Virus record (IMG/VR): IMGVR_UViG_3300028601_000022
Location: 64,001-128,000 of that record
DNA from: a virus
Taxonomy: Duplodnaviria > Caudoviricetes
Strand: one strand, 5' to 3'
DNA length: 64,000 bases
Within the stretch, counting starts at the first letter, position 1. Each line of letters starts with the position of its first letter. This document shows, piece after piece, positions 9,340 through 19,194 of the stretch. The translations under genes and the position numbers were made by a program. Under the pieces are notes generated by a model that worked only from the letters and a program-made list of their open reading frames with translations, was not told the DNA's origin and searched no databases.

Positions 9340-10188
9340 TTACAACCCCTTGAATAGGATGCTGTCTTCCGCCCTTCTGTAAACCTCAGCACAGAATCGG
9401 GGATTCCGTACGTAGGCGGCAAGAATGGTCTTTAACAATGCTTTCCCTTCATCCTTTGACGTTCTCGGGTTCTTGTGATTTTGCAACCGTGTAAAGGAAG
9501 AAGTGGAGTAGCAGGATTCAAGCTGAATAGTTCCGTTGGCCGATTCTGCTGCACCGCGCATCGTTCCAGGCAGCACATAGTCTATGAAAGGAGACGGACG
9601 GTCATTCCAGGCTTCGCCGAAGTGGTTCCCTATATCAACGAGGAATCTCCCTACGTTGCTAAAGATGGGAGTACGCTGGGCGAAGATACAGTCCTTGGCT
9701 ACTATACTTGCCCCGGAGTGTGCCCAGGCACCGAAAGCTCTTACGTCAAAGGCCTCGCCCCAGTTTTCTATGATGCACTGGTTCATAGTAACGCGCACGC
9801 CATCTTGTGCTTCCGGGCAGCGGCGCCCGCAGCCTAAAAAGAGAACGCGGTTAAGGTTCCACTCACCGAACTCTCGGTCAATTGATGGATAATCGCCGTT
9901 ACCGCAGAGCATTGCCTTTATGGAGCCGATAATAACGGAGTCTTCTACCGTAACTTGGGCTCCATAGATTCCTACGAGGGCTTCATCCTGCCTATCGTGA
10001 GGTATGTGGCTAAAGTCAATGATGCAGTTCCTAATAACGGTTTTCTTTGCGAGGGCTTTTTCATGGCCCGGGCCATAAATTTCAATGCCATGCCCTTCCG
10101 AAGCTATTTGCCCGGGTTGGACGATAATAAGGTTTTCGTAAAGTTGCACGTCCTGAAGTTCACCCGTAGGCGCCAGGGATGTATCCAC
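9340..10188 (-). CDS. right-handed beta-helix (pectin-lyase-like) protein
   Basis: Repeating V.I.NC.I / V.VEDS.I / V.MNQC.I strands, DEA and RRCP motifs; GTG start after AGGAG. Confidence 0.6.
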   Translation of the reverse strand: MDTSLAPTGELQDVQLYENLIIVQPGQIASEGHGIEIYGPGHEKALAKKTVIRNCIIDFSHIPHDRQDEALVGIYGAQVTVEDSVIIGSIKAMLCGNGDYPSIDREFGEWNLNRVLFLGCGRRCPEAQDGVRVTMNQCIIENWGEAFDVRAFGAWAHSGASIVAKDCIFAQRTPIFSNVGRFLVDIGNHFGEAWNDRPSPFIDYVLPGTMRGAAESANGTIQLESCYSTSSFTRLQNHKNPRTSKDEGKALLKTILAAYVRNPRFCAEVYRRAEDSILFKGL

Positions 10189-10224
10189 GGTTGTCTCCTA
10201 AAAATATGAATCGTATAGAGGTAG

Positions 10225-10262
10225 AAAACCTCCCTTACGCGCAAAACTTTGCAAGGGAGGTT
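10225..10262 (-). terminator. intrinsic terminator after terminase
   Basis: AACCTCCCTT...AAGGGAGGTT stem followed by Ts on the minus strand. Confidence 0.65.
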
Positions 10263-10305
10263 CCTATTACTAGACAAAATAGCTAGTTACTGATTGTTTA
10301 GGGTT

Positions 10306-12726
10306 CTACCGAGATAGAAGAACGGCAGTTCCGATGCCCGGCAGGGTTGTTACTACGTTGTTAGAACCGCCAGAGTTTCCTGAATACGCGCCTATAACAC
10401 CATCGAACTTTTCGCGGGTATATTCACCCTCACCGGTAAACATAGGACCGAACTCTTCACTTTCAACAAGGGCAACACCAAGGGCAGCGGCCCTAAGAAT
10501 GTCGTCTGTAAAGTCGTCTCCTGCATCCGAGTTCTTGGTGATGGTTCTTCCTGTATCCTTCGATACTAAAAGCTGAATCATGAGGTGAGAAACAGGCTTC
10601 TTGAACACCAGTTCCTGGAAGTCCTTATCCATATCAAGGATGTCCTTAAGCTCACCGTCAAGGCGCGGAAGAACCCAGGTTTCTGAATTGATACGTGTCC
10701 TTAAGGATTCAAAATCATCATATCGGAGAGAATACTGGGTTGCATCCACACCGAAGTCCGTGTACACCCTGGACTGAAAGTCCACACCTTGCCAGCTATC
10801 TGTGGCAAACAGCTTCACGTTGTAAGCCTCTATGATAGGGGCAATAACGTGTTTGTACACCATGTTGTGACTGATAGGGATACCGTCCATAGGCTGGATC
10901 TCTAGTAGACCGCTGGTTGCTATCAAGGCATCTTCTGGGTCGTCCGGGTGCGGTATAAGATGCGTAAGGGCAAGAGCAAAGGAGTTCTTCTTCCAGCCAC
11001 CGTCAATAGAAAGGCAACAAGGGAAGCTGTGAGGGTTCATCTTGATTGTAGGATACAGGGCCCTACCACCGAGAGAGTCCTTAACTACCTTGATTTTGTC
11101 GATGGCCAGAACATTAGGACGTTTGGAAAGAATAGGAACAATCTGTGAAGCCCTACGGATAAACGGGTCGCTTGCAAACGGTGGGTTGGAACCGTAATCT
11201 CGTTCTGCGGCAACCGGGTCTTCCATGTACTTTGTCCGAATAAACTCGCAGTCCCTTGGCATATTGGGGTTGAACTCCCAAGTAGCCATCTTCTTTCCGT
11301 ATATGTTACTGACGCGCTTTGACCTCTTGTACATGCCCATGATAAAGTCCTGCTTAGACCTGGTAGACGAGGTATACAGGCCATAGGCAGAGGGTGCCCC
11401 AGGGAAGCGCGGGAATATGCTTTCAAATGCCGTTTGTACAGTAGACAGGCTGTTGTTTAGAGCATCATAGGCTTGCCAGGCGTTCATCATAATCTTGTCA
11501 CCAGTCAAGAATGCGCCTTCGTCTATTGATGCAAGTATCCTGGTCTTACCGCGAAGCTTACGAAAGTCGCCATTAGAGAAGGATGCGTAGAGGCCCTTGT
11601 GGTTGTAGGCAATAAAGGTGTCCATATGCTTATACAGTTCAGTGCCAATACGCTTGCCCTCGGAGTCCAAGAACTGATGGTACATTCTATACCAAGGTGA
11701 CCAAGTAAAGACGTTATCCATAGGCGACCAGACGTTCTTGTAGGTTTCCTCCGACGTAACACCTACAAACGTAGCGTGAAACTCGGTAACGTCAAGTTGC
11801 CGCATGAACTTAGCCGGGCTAGGGAGTTGCAGATATTCATGGATGATAGCCGGTGACACCATCCACAAAAGACCGGTTTTACCAGAACGCTGACCAACGG
11901 CAAGAACGAGGCTAGCATACAGGGTGTGTTTTCCATCCTGCACAGCCTCGTACTTTGTCTTTTTGCACTTAGGGCATACACCCTTTGAGTACAGGACCAC
12001 ACGGTCAAGTATTTCATCGGGTGGAGTATCAACCTCAATCTTTTTCCGTACCCACTGCGTGTCCGAACAATACGGGCAGTATGCACCAAAGAAGTCAAGG
12101 GATATTTGCAGCTGCCTTGGATACAGTGGCTGGTTGAGGAAAGACGGGTCAATGATGAACTTGATAATGTTATCGGACTTTGGAAGGTCACGTTCATCCA
12201 CCAAAGCAAAGGCTTCTGGGTCGTAGTTCCTCGATACAATCTCCTCAATCTTGTCCAGCGCAGACCATTCAGACCTGTCTTTGTCCTGTAACGTAGGGTC
12301 AAGAAGCTTTTTAGGTTTCGGTGACTTTACAATAGGGCCAGGGATAGGCGTTGGCGTATCCTTGTCCAGGAGCTCAATCTTTCCTACGTCCTTCTTTTTC
12401 TTCTTTTTCCCCTTGCGTTCTGCCGATGCAGCCTTTTCGGCCCTCTTAAGCCGTTTCTTTTTGAGGTATTCCTCGTACTCAAGGGCATCAGGGAATATGG
12501 AATAGTCGTTGCGCTTGTCTGCCTTAGAAAAGGAGGTACAGAAATTGCGGCAACCCGGATTGTTCTTGCAGAGGACAATACAAGAGGTAGCGTATTCGCA
12601 ATGCCTGCAGGTGTACTTATAGTTCACCCACTTGCCGCATTTCTTTCCTGGCTTTTTGCATAGACCGTGCTTCAACAATGCACAGGTATCACAGGTCTTT
12701 TCGACCTTCTTCTTTACCTTCTCCAT
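10306..12726 (-). CDS. terminase large subunit with Cys-rich N-terminal extension
   Basis: YPRQ adenine motif, Walker A GQRSGKT, LRG, Walker B ASIDE, TWEFNP, nuclease SID...D...DD. Confidence 0.85.
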   Translation of the reverse strand: MEKVKKKVEKTCDTCALLKHGLCKKPGKKCGKWVNYKYTCRHCEYATSCIVLCKNNPGCRNFCTSFSKADKRNDYSIFPDALEYEEYLKKKRLKRAEKAASAERKGKKKKKKDVGKIELLDKDTPTPIPGPIVKSPKPKKLLDPTLQDKDRSEWSALDKIEEIVSRNYDPEAFALVDERDLPKSDNIIKFIIDPSFLNQPLYPRQLQISLDFFGAYCPYCSDTQWVRKKIEVDTPPDEILDRVVLYSKGVCPKCKKTKYEAVQDGKHTLYASLVLAVGQRSGKTGLLWMVSPAIIHEYLQLPSPAKFMRQLDVTEFHATFVGVTSEETYKNVWSPMDNVFTWSPWYRMYHQFLDSEGKRIGTELYKHMDTFIAYNHKGLYASFSNGDFRKLRGKTRILASIDEGAFLTGDKIMMNAWQAYDALNNSLSTVQTAFESIFPRFPGAPSAYGLYTSSTRSKQDFIMGMYKRSKRVSNIYGKKMATWEFNPNMPRDCEFIRTKYMEDPVAAERDYGSNPPFASDPFIRRASQIVPILSKRPNVLAIDKIKVVKDSLGGRALYPTIKMNPHSFPCCLSIDGGWKKNSFALALTHLIPHPDDPEDALIATSGLLEIQPMDGIPISHNMVYKHVIAPIIEAYNVKLFATDSWQGVDFQSRVYTDFGVDATQYSLRYDDFESLRTRINSETWVLPRLDGELKDILDMDKDFQELVFKKPVSHLMIQLLVSKDTGRTITKNSDAGDDFTDDILRAAALGVALVESEEFGPMFTGEGEYTREKFDGVIGAYSGNSGGSNNVVTTLPGIGTAVLLSR

Positions 12727-12735
12727 GCTTTACCT

Positions 12736-13830
12736 CTAGCTGGATACAGGGCCTACCGCCATGAACGAATATCGGTCGTTCTTTGCTGTGAGTTTGTACA
12801 GGTTACCGTTTGTTCCCACCTGGAAAGACACCCGCTCGGCGGAAGAACTTGCAGTTGCCAATGTAGAATGGAGGTATACCTCGGGTATTTCAAGGGAGAC
12901 CTTACCCAGCGTATTCTTTTCGACTTCAAAGGAGTCGCCGCAAGTGCCGTTCTTCGATTCCAAGCGCATCTTTCCCCTGGTACCGTTGAATGAAACCTTC
13001 ACAAGGTCAGCACCGCTGGACGTTGCACGAACGGAACTGAGGACAGGAAGAACATCCTTAGGAACCATTGTGATTTTGCCCTTTGTAAAGGCGCTGTCGT
13101 CCAACAGGGTTGCGTAGAAGTCCGTGTAGCCCTTCGTTTCGTCTTCAATGGTAGGAATGACCGCTTCAACGGTATCGCTTTCTACCACAAAAGAGTTTTC
13201 CGTAACCGAGATTCGGGCTTCGGAAGAAACAACGGACAAGACATCCATCACACGGGCCATAGGCACTGTAACTTCAAACGGCGTCTTGGAGATGGGCTCC
13301 GGCGAATCGTAGAATGCGCAGGAGTTCACCGATGCAAAGCGGACAGACATGCCGTCCTTTGAATTCCTGAAAAGAGCAGAGCCATTGAAGCTTGCGTCAG
13401 GTGTCTGGAACGTGAAGTCCTTGAATACCTCGCGCAAGAATGCCACCTTCTTTGCAGGTATGTTGATGAAGTCCAACCCTTCCCGGTCACGCGCAATGCT
13501 GTCCTTGGTGACGTCCAGGACATAGATGCTATTCTTGGAACCGCAGGCGATATCCAGCTTGGAATTGGCAGAGTCATAGGTGGCCTCGTACTCTGCACCG
13601 CGCATGGAAAGGGTGTTGTTGAATACCTCGGATGCAAGTCCGACCAGCCCTTTCTTTGTAACTTCCGCACCAAGAACAGCAATGCGGAGATAGTGAGTGG
13701 GCTCGTTGGCAATGAGCCATAACGTGCCTTCTTTCGGCTGTGCCAGTATGTAAATGGTCGTCAGGTCTTTAACGACCTTGGTAATAACCTTGAATGCCTC
13801 GGACAGGGCCTTCTTATCTGCTTTGAACAT
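12736..13830 (-). CDS. DNA sliding clamp, beta-subunit-like
   Basis: 364 aa three-domain alpha/beta pattern typical of DnaN; DnaX-like loader also in window. Confidence 0.65.
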   Translation of the reverse strand: MFKADKKALSEAFKVITKVVKDLTTIYILAQPKEGTLWLIANEPTHYLRIAVLGAEVTKKGLVGLASEVFNNTLSMRGAEYEATYDSANSKLDIACGSKNSIYVLDVTKDSIARDREGLDFINIPAKKVAFLREVFKDFTFQTPDASFNGSALFRNSKDGMSVRFASVNSCAFYDSPEPISKTPFEVTVPMARVMDVLSVVSSEARISVTENSFVVESDTVEAVIPTIEDETKGYTDFYATLLDDSAFTKGKITMVPKDVLPVLSSVRATSSGADLVKVSFNGTRGKMRLESKNGTCGDSFEVEKNTLGKVSLEIPEVYLHSTLATASSSAERVSFQVGTNGNLYKLTAKNDRYSFMAVGPVSS

Positions 13831-13861
13831 TGGCTAAATCCTCCTTACTATATATTAAACG

Positions 13862-14038
13862 CTACCGAGCGATTCGTCTGTTTTTAGAAGGTGCTCCTCC
13901 CCTATCCCTCTCAAACTCATCCTTAAGCACCTCATACATATAAAAGAACTTTTGGTACTCCATAGAAGCAAAGGAGTTGTAACTCGTATGCCGACTAAGG
14001 GAGTATTCCATATTCCAGATTGACTGGGGTTCTACGAA
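13862..14038 (-). CDS. short ORF overlapping the end of the tail chaperone (candidate frameshift extension)
   Basis: +1 frame relative to 13995..15359, ...MEYQKFFYMYEVLKDE..., fills gap to next gene. Confidence 0.45.
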   Translation of the reverse strand, partial: FVEPQSIWNMEYSLSRHTSYNSFASMEYQKFFYMYEVLKDEFERDRGGAPSKNRRIAR

Positions 14039-15359
14039 AGGGAATAAGGATGTCACCTGCCACAACATCGACTGTGTTTTCAGCACCACATACCTTGATG
14101 CCGCCTTTCTTTGCAGCTGGGGCGTCCAGATGTGCCTCCATCCATTTCGGTAGTTCCTTGTCTGGGTTAGGCGTTTCTGTAGAAAGTTCGCCATTCATAA
14201 CACCCTGAACGAGGTCTGCCGTAACCGCAGCCATTTCTTTTTGTTTTGTTTTGTCTAAAGGAATGCGACACCGGAACTTGATAGGGTCAGAGCCATGATA
14301 CAGCACCCGACCAAGTTCCCGCATGATAGCTCGGTCTTCTGGGTTTTCGGAAGCCTGCAAGAAATTGAAGTAGGATACTTCCCAAGGGTGAGAAACACAG
14401 CGGCAAGCATTCACTGCCATTGTATCTATGATTTGGTTGCCCTCATCTGTTACGAGGTATTCAGCACCCATCTTCCGCCAGTAACGGTCAGTCTTAATGA
14501 GGTGCATTACATCACCGATGGTGTGAGGCATAAACACAAACACCTCATCCGGGAATGTATGAAAACGAACCTTCAAAGGAAGTTCAATGTCTTCCAGAGT
14601 AGTGAAAGACACATCACTGAGGTGAAACTCGGCAAGGCCTGGTCTGCCGCAGGACTTGCATACGTACGGGTAGCGGAAAAGGGAGTCACCGAGGGACTGC
14701 AAATGCCGGGTATCACCAATAAAGGTGAAGTCCGAGAAGGTAAGCTCTAGCGGGCTCATGCCGAGGGTGTATATTCCCTCAAGCATAATTTCGTACTTCT
14801 GGTACAGCGAAACGTCCGGATTGTTGATGGCCTCAATGTCGGCTACGCTGTAGGGGGAGTAAGAAATAAGGTAGTCCTCAGGGTACACAACCCCGCCTGA
14901 CGGAACAGCCGGTATATGTATAGCCCTGCGCTGCCTTCGATTGCGATAGTATTCCCGCTCTATAGCTAGTGAGGCCTTGGTAAAGCGTGCCTGGTCGAGA
15001 AGTTCCTTCTTCTCTAGCCTCGTTGCGTTGAGGTCATCAAAGGCTGCCTGCAAAAAGGCCGGCACATTAGACGGTACGCCAGTAGGGGCAACCGGTGCAT
15101 CTACCACTCGGGTACCGGCCAGTGCTGGGTCATCAGTCAACACGAGGGGCTCACCGGAGTTGATTGCGTCAACCATCCAGTCTTCCAGGGGCTTCATGTT
15201 AGCCGGGTCGTCAGGCTTAGGGAGGACGGCAGATTTTGGCGGTTCTTTCTTTTGGTTAAGAATGTCGTCCTCCCGACCGGTCTGTATCGTAAGAACCTTT
15301 TCGGGTTTATGTGGTTTGGGAGGCTCTTTGAATTGACGGTTTACACGCTCACTGCTCAT
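13995..15359 (-). CDS. putative tail/baseplate assembly chaperone (T4 gp26-like)
   Basis: PSGG..YP, LT..DF..I, CxxC, P.TIGD and terminal C...CG pattern of large-myovirus chaperones. Confidence 0.55.
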   Translation of the reverse strand: MSSERVNRQFKEPPKPHKPEKVLTIQTGREDDILNQKKEPPKSAVLPKPDDPANMKPLEDWMVDAINSGEPLVLTDDPALAGTRVVDAPVAPTGVPSNVPAFLQAAFDDLNATRLEKKELLDQARFTKASLAIEREYYRNRRQRRAIHIPAVPSGGVVYPEDYLISYSPYSVADIEAINNPDVSLYQKYEIMLEGIYTLGMSPLELTFSDFTFIGDTRHLQSLGDSLFRYPYVCKSCGRPGLAEFHLSDVSFTTLEDIELPLKVRFHTFPDEVFVFMPHTIGDVMHLIKTDRYWRKMGAEYLVTDEGNQIIDTMAVNACRCVSHPWEVSYFNFLQASENPEDRAIMRELGRVLYHGSDPIKFRCRIPLDKTKQKEMAAVTADLVQGVMNGELSTETPNPDKELPKWMEAHLDAPAAKKGGIKVCGAENTVDVVAGDILIPFRRTPVNLEYGILP

Positions 15360-15367
15360 TGTTGCTC

Positions 15368-15895
15368 CTAAAGGTCTTCCTTGCGAACGTAGCCACGCGC
15401 TAGTGTAACCAGGTCGCTCATGGAAGAAGTAGCGGTGCTAAGGTTAAGGGACGCTTCCTCGTCCTTGCCAAGAGGCTCGAACTCTTGATGCACCCCAGTG
15501 AGGCAGTCTGCATTCTTTCCGTACAGACCCTTGCTGTCACGGGCAGCGCACACGTCCAACGGTGTGGAGATGTATATGAGGCGGAATTTATCCTCACCAA
15601 TAATACTTTGTGCTGCCTGCCGCATAGACTTCATTGGCGTAATCATGGACACAACGCACGATATGCCCTGGTCATTGCACAACTTGCAGATACCAGCAAC
15701 CCGTCGGACGTTTTCAAGCCGGTCTTCCAGGGAAAATCCCAGGTCAGAACAGATGCTTTGGCGGATAACATCACCGTCAAGGTGAAGGTAAGGCATCCGC
15801 ATTTTAGTGATAATTTCCTTGGCAAAAGTGGTCTTTCCGGCTCCTGACAAACCGAATATCCAGACCGTCCGCACCTTACTCGCGTTTACGCACAT
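15368..15895 (-). CDS. cysC: adenylyl-sulfate (APS) kinase
   Basis: WIFGLSGAGKTT, LDGD, DLGFSLEDRLENVRR, RDSKGLY, LTGV..EFEP. Confidence 0.93.
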   Translation of the reverse strand: MCVNASKVRTVWIFGLSGAGKTTFAKEIITKMRMPYLHLDGDVIRQSICSDLGFSLEDRLENVRRVAGICKLCNDQGISCVVSMITPMKSMRQAAQSIIGEDKFRLIYISTPLDVCAARDSKGLYGKNADCLTGVHQEFEPLGKDEEASLNLSTATSSMSDLVTLARGYVRKEDL

Positions 15896-15907
15896 TTAAT
15901 CCTCCAT

Positions 15908-16051
15908 TCAATACGTTACATCTGAATCGGCAGGATATACCCGCCCACACTTGATGCACTCCACTATCCTCTTTTTAGCCATGAAAATCTTAGGTTCAGT
16001 AGGGCTACCCAGTACGGTCGCCGCAGCAGATGTAGAAGAACCTCCGCTCAT
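15908..16051 (-). CDS. small protein with CxxC
   Basis: AAGGAGG RBS before ATG 16051; ECIKCG. Confidence 0.5.
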   Translation of the reverse strand: MSGGSSTSAAATVLGSPTEPKIFMAKKRIVECIKCGRVYPADSDVTY

Positions 16052-16109
16052 TATAGCCTCCTTTAGGTAACCTATCTTCATATACTTAAACGTCATTTAG
16101 GATATTGGA

Positions 16110-16212
16110 ACAAAACGTGTGTATTGACACGCGCAGCGAAAATATAACCCAATAGGAACGCCTACGGGTGCCCTATGGTGTGTCCAGGGTACTCATAGGC
16201 GCTCCTATTTCC
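16110..16212 (-). repeat. copy 1 of dispersed structured intergenic element (inverted relative to copies 2 and 3)
   Basis: Minus strand: AATAGGAGCGCCTATGAGTACCCTG...CGTAGGCGTTCCTATTGGGTTATATTTTC...GCGTGTCAATACAC. Confidence 0.75.
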
Positions 16213-16425
16213 TAGTTTTTCAACGGCCTGGTCTATTGGTAATCACCCTGCAACCGGCGTTTTGCTGCGGCATCCAGTACCTCATAGCACTTGCAGAAAC
16301 GGGTACCCGTGATATTACCCTACGAGGAAACACGGTAGAAAATGCCTTGGTATTAGGCGGAGTATAAGACATTCTCCTCGAAGGGTGGCGTTTCAAGAAG
16401 GGAAGAGGCCGGACACGCCCGTAAC

Positions 16426-17331
16426 CTACGCCTTTAGCTCAAGGAAGGCTACAACGTCTTCCCTCAGCGTGTTATCCGAATCTATGTAGCCGCAGCACTT
16501 CTTTGTGCAGGGCCCCTGGCGAAGGCAGGTATTGTTCTGCTTGTGACGGTCACCCATGTGCAGCCAGGTTTCATCATCCAAGGTGTAATACAGGTTGGTA
16601 GAATGCTGGCTAACACTCAACAGCGTATTGAGGTCAATGTCGCCTGAGCTATCGGCCTTTTCAAGAAGCCGAAAGAAGTCCGCCCGCTTAGGGAAGAATC
16701 CGGGAAGGTTATCTTCCATGTCGGCCTTGTCTTTGAACTTAATGAAAGGAACATACGGTGTGTTGAAGTCCACCCTACAGCCCCATTTTTCCTCGAACCC
16801 CTTCACTGTGAACTCACCCTTGAGGTAAGAATCAATGAATGCCTGGGTCATAATGATTTCCACATGCAGGGGTATTTCAGGATACAGGTCATGAAGGATC
16901 TTGACGTTCTCCTCCCAATGCTTCCGCGTTACCGGATTGAATCGGTATGCCGTATCCCAAGAGGTGCAGAGGAGGAATCTGTTAGCTACACCGAAGAACC
17001 GCAGCAACCCGCAGGCATGAAGCAGCCTGGTTTCATCGCCGTACATAAGGGACGTGCAAATAAGACCACGCTCGGTATGGCCGTACTTTATTCGGTATGC
17101 AATGGATACCAGAAGGTCTTCAAAGGCCCACTGAATCTTCCGTGATTCAAGTTGGCCGTCAAAGAACTCGCCGCCAATGAGGGAGATAGAGTCGCAGTTA
17201 CCTACTTCCTCTATCTTCTCCTTAGCAAAGCGCAATGATTCCAACTTATCCCTGACGTGTGGTATATCACGGTTACAGCAGAATGGGCAGTTGTGCCTGC
17301 AGTCCTTCCACAGTTCAAATTGAAGAAACAT
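16426..17331 (-). CDS. radical SAM enzyme (paralog A)
   Basis: QFELW..CRHNCPFC, IGGEF, TSWD..YRF, PGFFPKR, Cys-rich C-terminus. Confidence 0.85.
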   Translation of the reverse strand: MFLQFELWKDCRHNCPFCCNRDIPHVRDKLESLRFAKEKIEEVGNCDSISLIGGEFFDGQLESRKIQWAFEDLLVSIAYRIKYGHTERGLICTSLMYGDETRLLHACGLLRFFGVANRFLLCTSWDTAYRFNPVTRKHWEENVKILHDLYPEIPLHVEIIMTQAFIDSYLKGEFTVKGFEEKWGCRVDFNTPYVPFIKFKDKADMEDNLPGFFPKRADFFRLLEKADSSGDIDLNTLLSVSQHSTNLYYTLDDETWLHMGDRHKQNNTCLRQGPCTKKCCGYIDSDNTLREDVVAFLELKA

Positions 17332-17339
17332 GAGGCCTC

Positions 17340-18239
17340 CTAAAAGAAGTCTTCCTCCTCAAGGAGGAGATAGGGGAACTTGCCCATATCACCAATGACC
17401 AGGGTATCCACGCCGCCCACATTGTGGACATGCTGCGTAAGATAGTGGTTATTGATGTATCGGCCAATAGCAGACAGGAAACGCGCATAGTCTGCATGAT
17501 ATTTCATCTCGGCACAGAACATTCCCCGAACCATGTCAGGGTCGGAAGAACCTGCGCAGTCACAACCAATAGACAGGGCAAAGTTGCCGCGGGTGGCTTG
17601 ACGGTAGTTGTACAGGTCACCCTGCTTGTGGGTGACGGTAAACAGGTCAATTTCGCTGACCTGTGTTACGCACTTTACCGAGCCGTCCGTGTTTGTTCCG
17701 TAGGAGAACAAGTCCATGTAGAATCCGGGCTTGATGCACACAGGGTTGTCCGAGTTGCGGATGCTGGACAGCACCAGGCGAAAGTCAAGGTCAGTGTGGA
17801 CTTCAAACACCTCGAATATGTCACCGCTTTCCGTGGTCACAATGAGCAGGTCGTCAAACTGACCGCCGAATACCTTGCTACGGATTCCTATAAAGAGGAG
17901 CTTGGTAAGCCCTTGGCCTGGCTGCTGCGGATTAACATCCTTTACTGCCCTGGCCTTAGCAGGAAGCAGCCCCTTACTGTCGATGGTATCCAGCATTTCC
18001 CTGATGATAATGGTGTTTTCTTCCACATTGGGAATAGCATCGGCATCGAAATTGTGGTCGTTGAAGACCTGCTGGACTACGGCAAGAACAGGCTTGTTCA
18101 TCACAATCTTATAGAGGAAGTCCAGGGGAATTTCCCCGGATATAGTATTCTTGGAAAGAGAGCTTTCAACGGCAAAAAGGTTACTGTAGCCTTTAGCCGC
18201 AATAGCAGCCTTTATCTGGTCAAGGGTAGGTACTTTCAT
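17340..18239 (-). CDS. hypothetical protein inside the radical SAM cluster
   Basis: 299 aa; IGIRS..FDD..PGFY weakly recalls phage YkuD-like proteins, but catalytic residues are not evident. Confidence 0.55.
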   Translation of the reverse strand: MKVPTLDQIKAAIAAKGYSNLFAVESSLSKNTISGEIPLDFLYKIVMNKPVLAVVQQVFNDHNFDADAIPNVEENTIIIREMLDTIDSKGLLPAKARAVKDVNPQQPGQGLTKLLFIGIRSKVFGGQFDDLLIVTTESGDIFEVFEVHTDLDFRLVLSSIRNSDNPVCIKPGFYMDLFSYGTNTDGSVKCVTQVSEIDLFTVTHKQGDLYNYRQATRGNFALSIGCDCAGSSDPDMVRGMFCAEMKYHADYARFLSAIGRYINNHYLTQHVHNVGGVDTLVIGDMGKFPYLLLEEEDFF

Positions 18240-18259
18240 GTATTCCTCCGAATTACGGT

Positions 18260-19186
18260 TTAGGACATAAGGAGCTTGTCACAAAGCATGCAGGCTTCGG
18301 AATCAATGTAACCGGCATACGGGAAAGGGTGGCCACAAGGGAGAAAAGTTTCTGAGGCTATTTCGTAGCGCGTGTCTTTTTCCCTGTATTCAGGAACATC
18401 CGTGCCGGAGCGAAGTAGCGTATCCGCACGGAAGTGGATGTTGCATATTTTGTCAAAGACGTAGCATTCTTCCTCGGTGGACACCTTTGCAAGAAACTTG
18501 AGGAAGTCCTTGCGCTTTACAAAAAAGCCAGGCACCCGACGCTCCATTTCATTCTTGTCCTTGTACAGGCCCTTGATAAGGTGAGGCGGTTTGAAGAACA
18601 GCTGGGTATTGTAGGTATCCATGAAGTCATGGAAGTGAAGTTCACTGTTCAGGTAGCGTTCGATAGCATGCTGCGTGAGGATGATTGTGGTGTTGCAGCG
18701 GATGTTGGGATAGTTGGTCTTTATGTTGACCATGTTCTGCTTCCACGTCTCTTCCGACTTAGGCTTGTGAAAACGCCCGATGGTGTCGTAAGAGGTGATA
18801 ATCCAGAATCCTCCTGTCTTGGACACGGGGACAACGTCCTTAAACATGTCCAGCACTTCACACAGAACGGCACTTTCTTCCGTAAGGGCAGCACTCAACC
18901 AAGCACCCTCAAGCTTGCCAGCAAGAATGAGGTCTTTTGTAAGCTGGAGCAGGCGGAAGAACTGGTCGCGTATTTCAGGCGTATTGAGTTGCCCCTGCAT
19001 GAACTCGCCGCCAATGAAGGCCACGTTGGTGTAATCCTTCATATCACCGGCGAGGAGAAAAGCTTCGGCTCTGTCCATTTCGCGCTTTTTGTCTGCGTCT
19101 TCCGTTTTCCGAATGCGCTTGTTAAGGTAGCAGAACTTGCACCCTACGTTACACTCCGGCCACAACTCAAACTGAATAGCTTTCAT
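18260..19186 (-). CDS. radical SAM enzyme (paralog B)
   Basis: QFELW..CNVGCKFC, IGGEF, TSYD..GRF, CGH...YIDS..CMLCD. Confidence 0.87.
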   Translation of the reverse strand: MKAIQFELWPECNVGCKFCYLNKRIRKTEDADKKREMDRAEAFLLAGDMKDYTNVAFIGGEFMQGQLNTPEIRDQFFRLLQLTKDLILAGKLEGAWLSAALTEESAVLCEVLDMFKDVVPVSKTGGFWIITSYDTIGRFHKPKSEETWKQNMVNIKTNYPNIRCNTTIILTQHAIERYLNSELHFHDFMDTYNTQLFFKPPHLIKGLYKDKNEMERRVPGFFVKRKDFLKFLAKVSTEEECYVFDKICNIHFRADTLLRSGTDVPEYREKDTRYEIASETFLPCGHPFPYAGYIDSEACMLCDKLLMS

Positions 19187-19194
19187 ATAGGCTC

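Noticed and set aside
16124-16148. Canonical sigma70 promoter TTGACA...TATAAC in repeat copy 1
   Set aside because: Spacer is only 13 bp and the -10 is not conserved in the other copies; kept only as part of the repeat finding
16220-16372. 50-codon minus-strand ORF (MSYTPPNT...) after radical SAM A as an alternative precursor peptide
   Set aside because: GAGGAG lies only 1 nt from the ATG and the peptide has no notable pattern; cannot be supported, though not fully excluded
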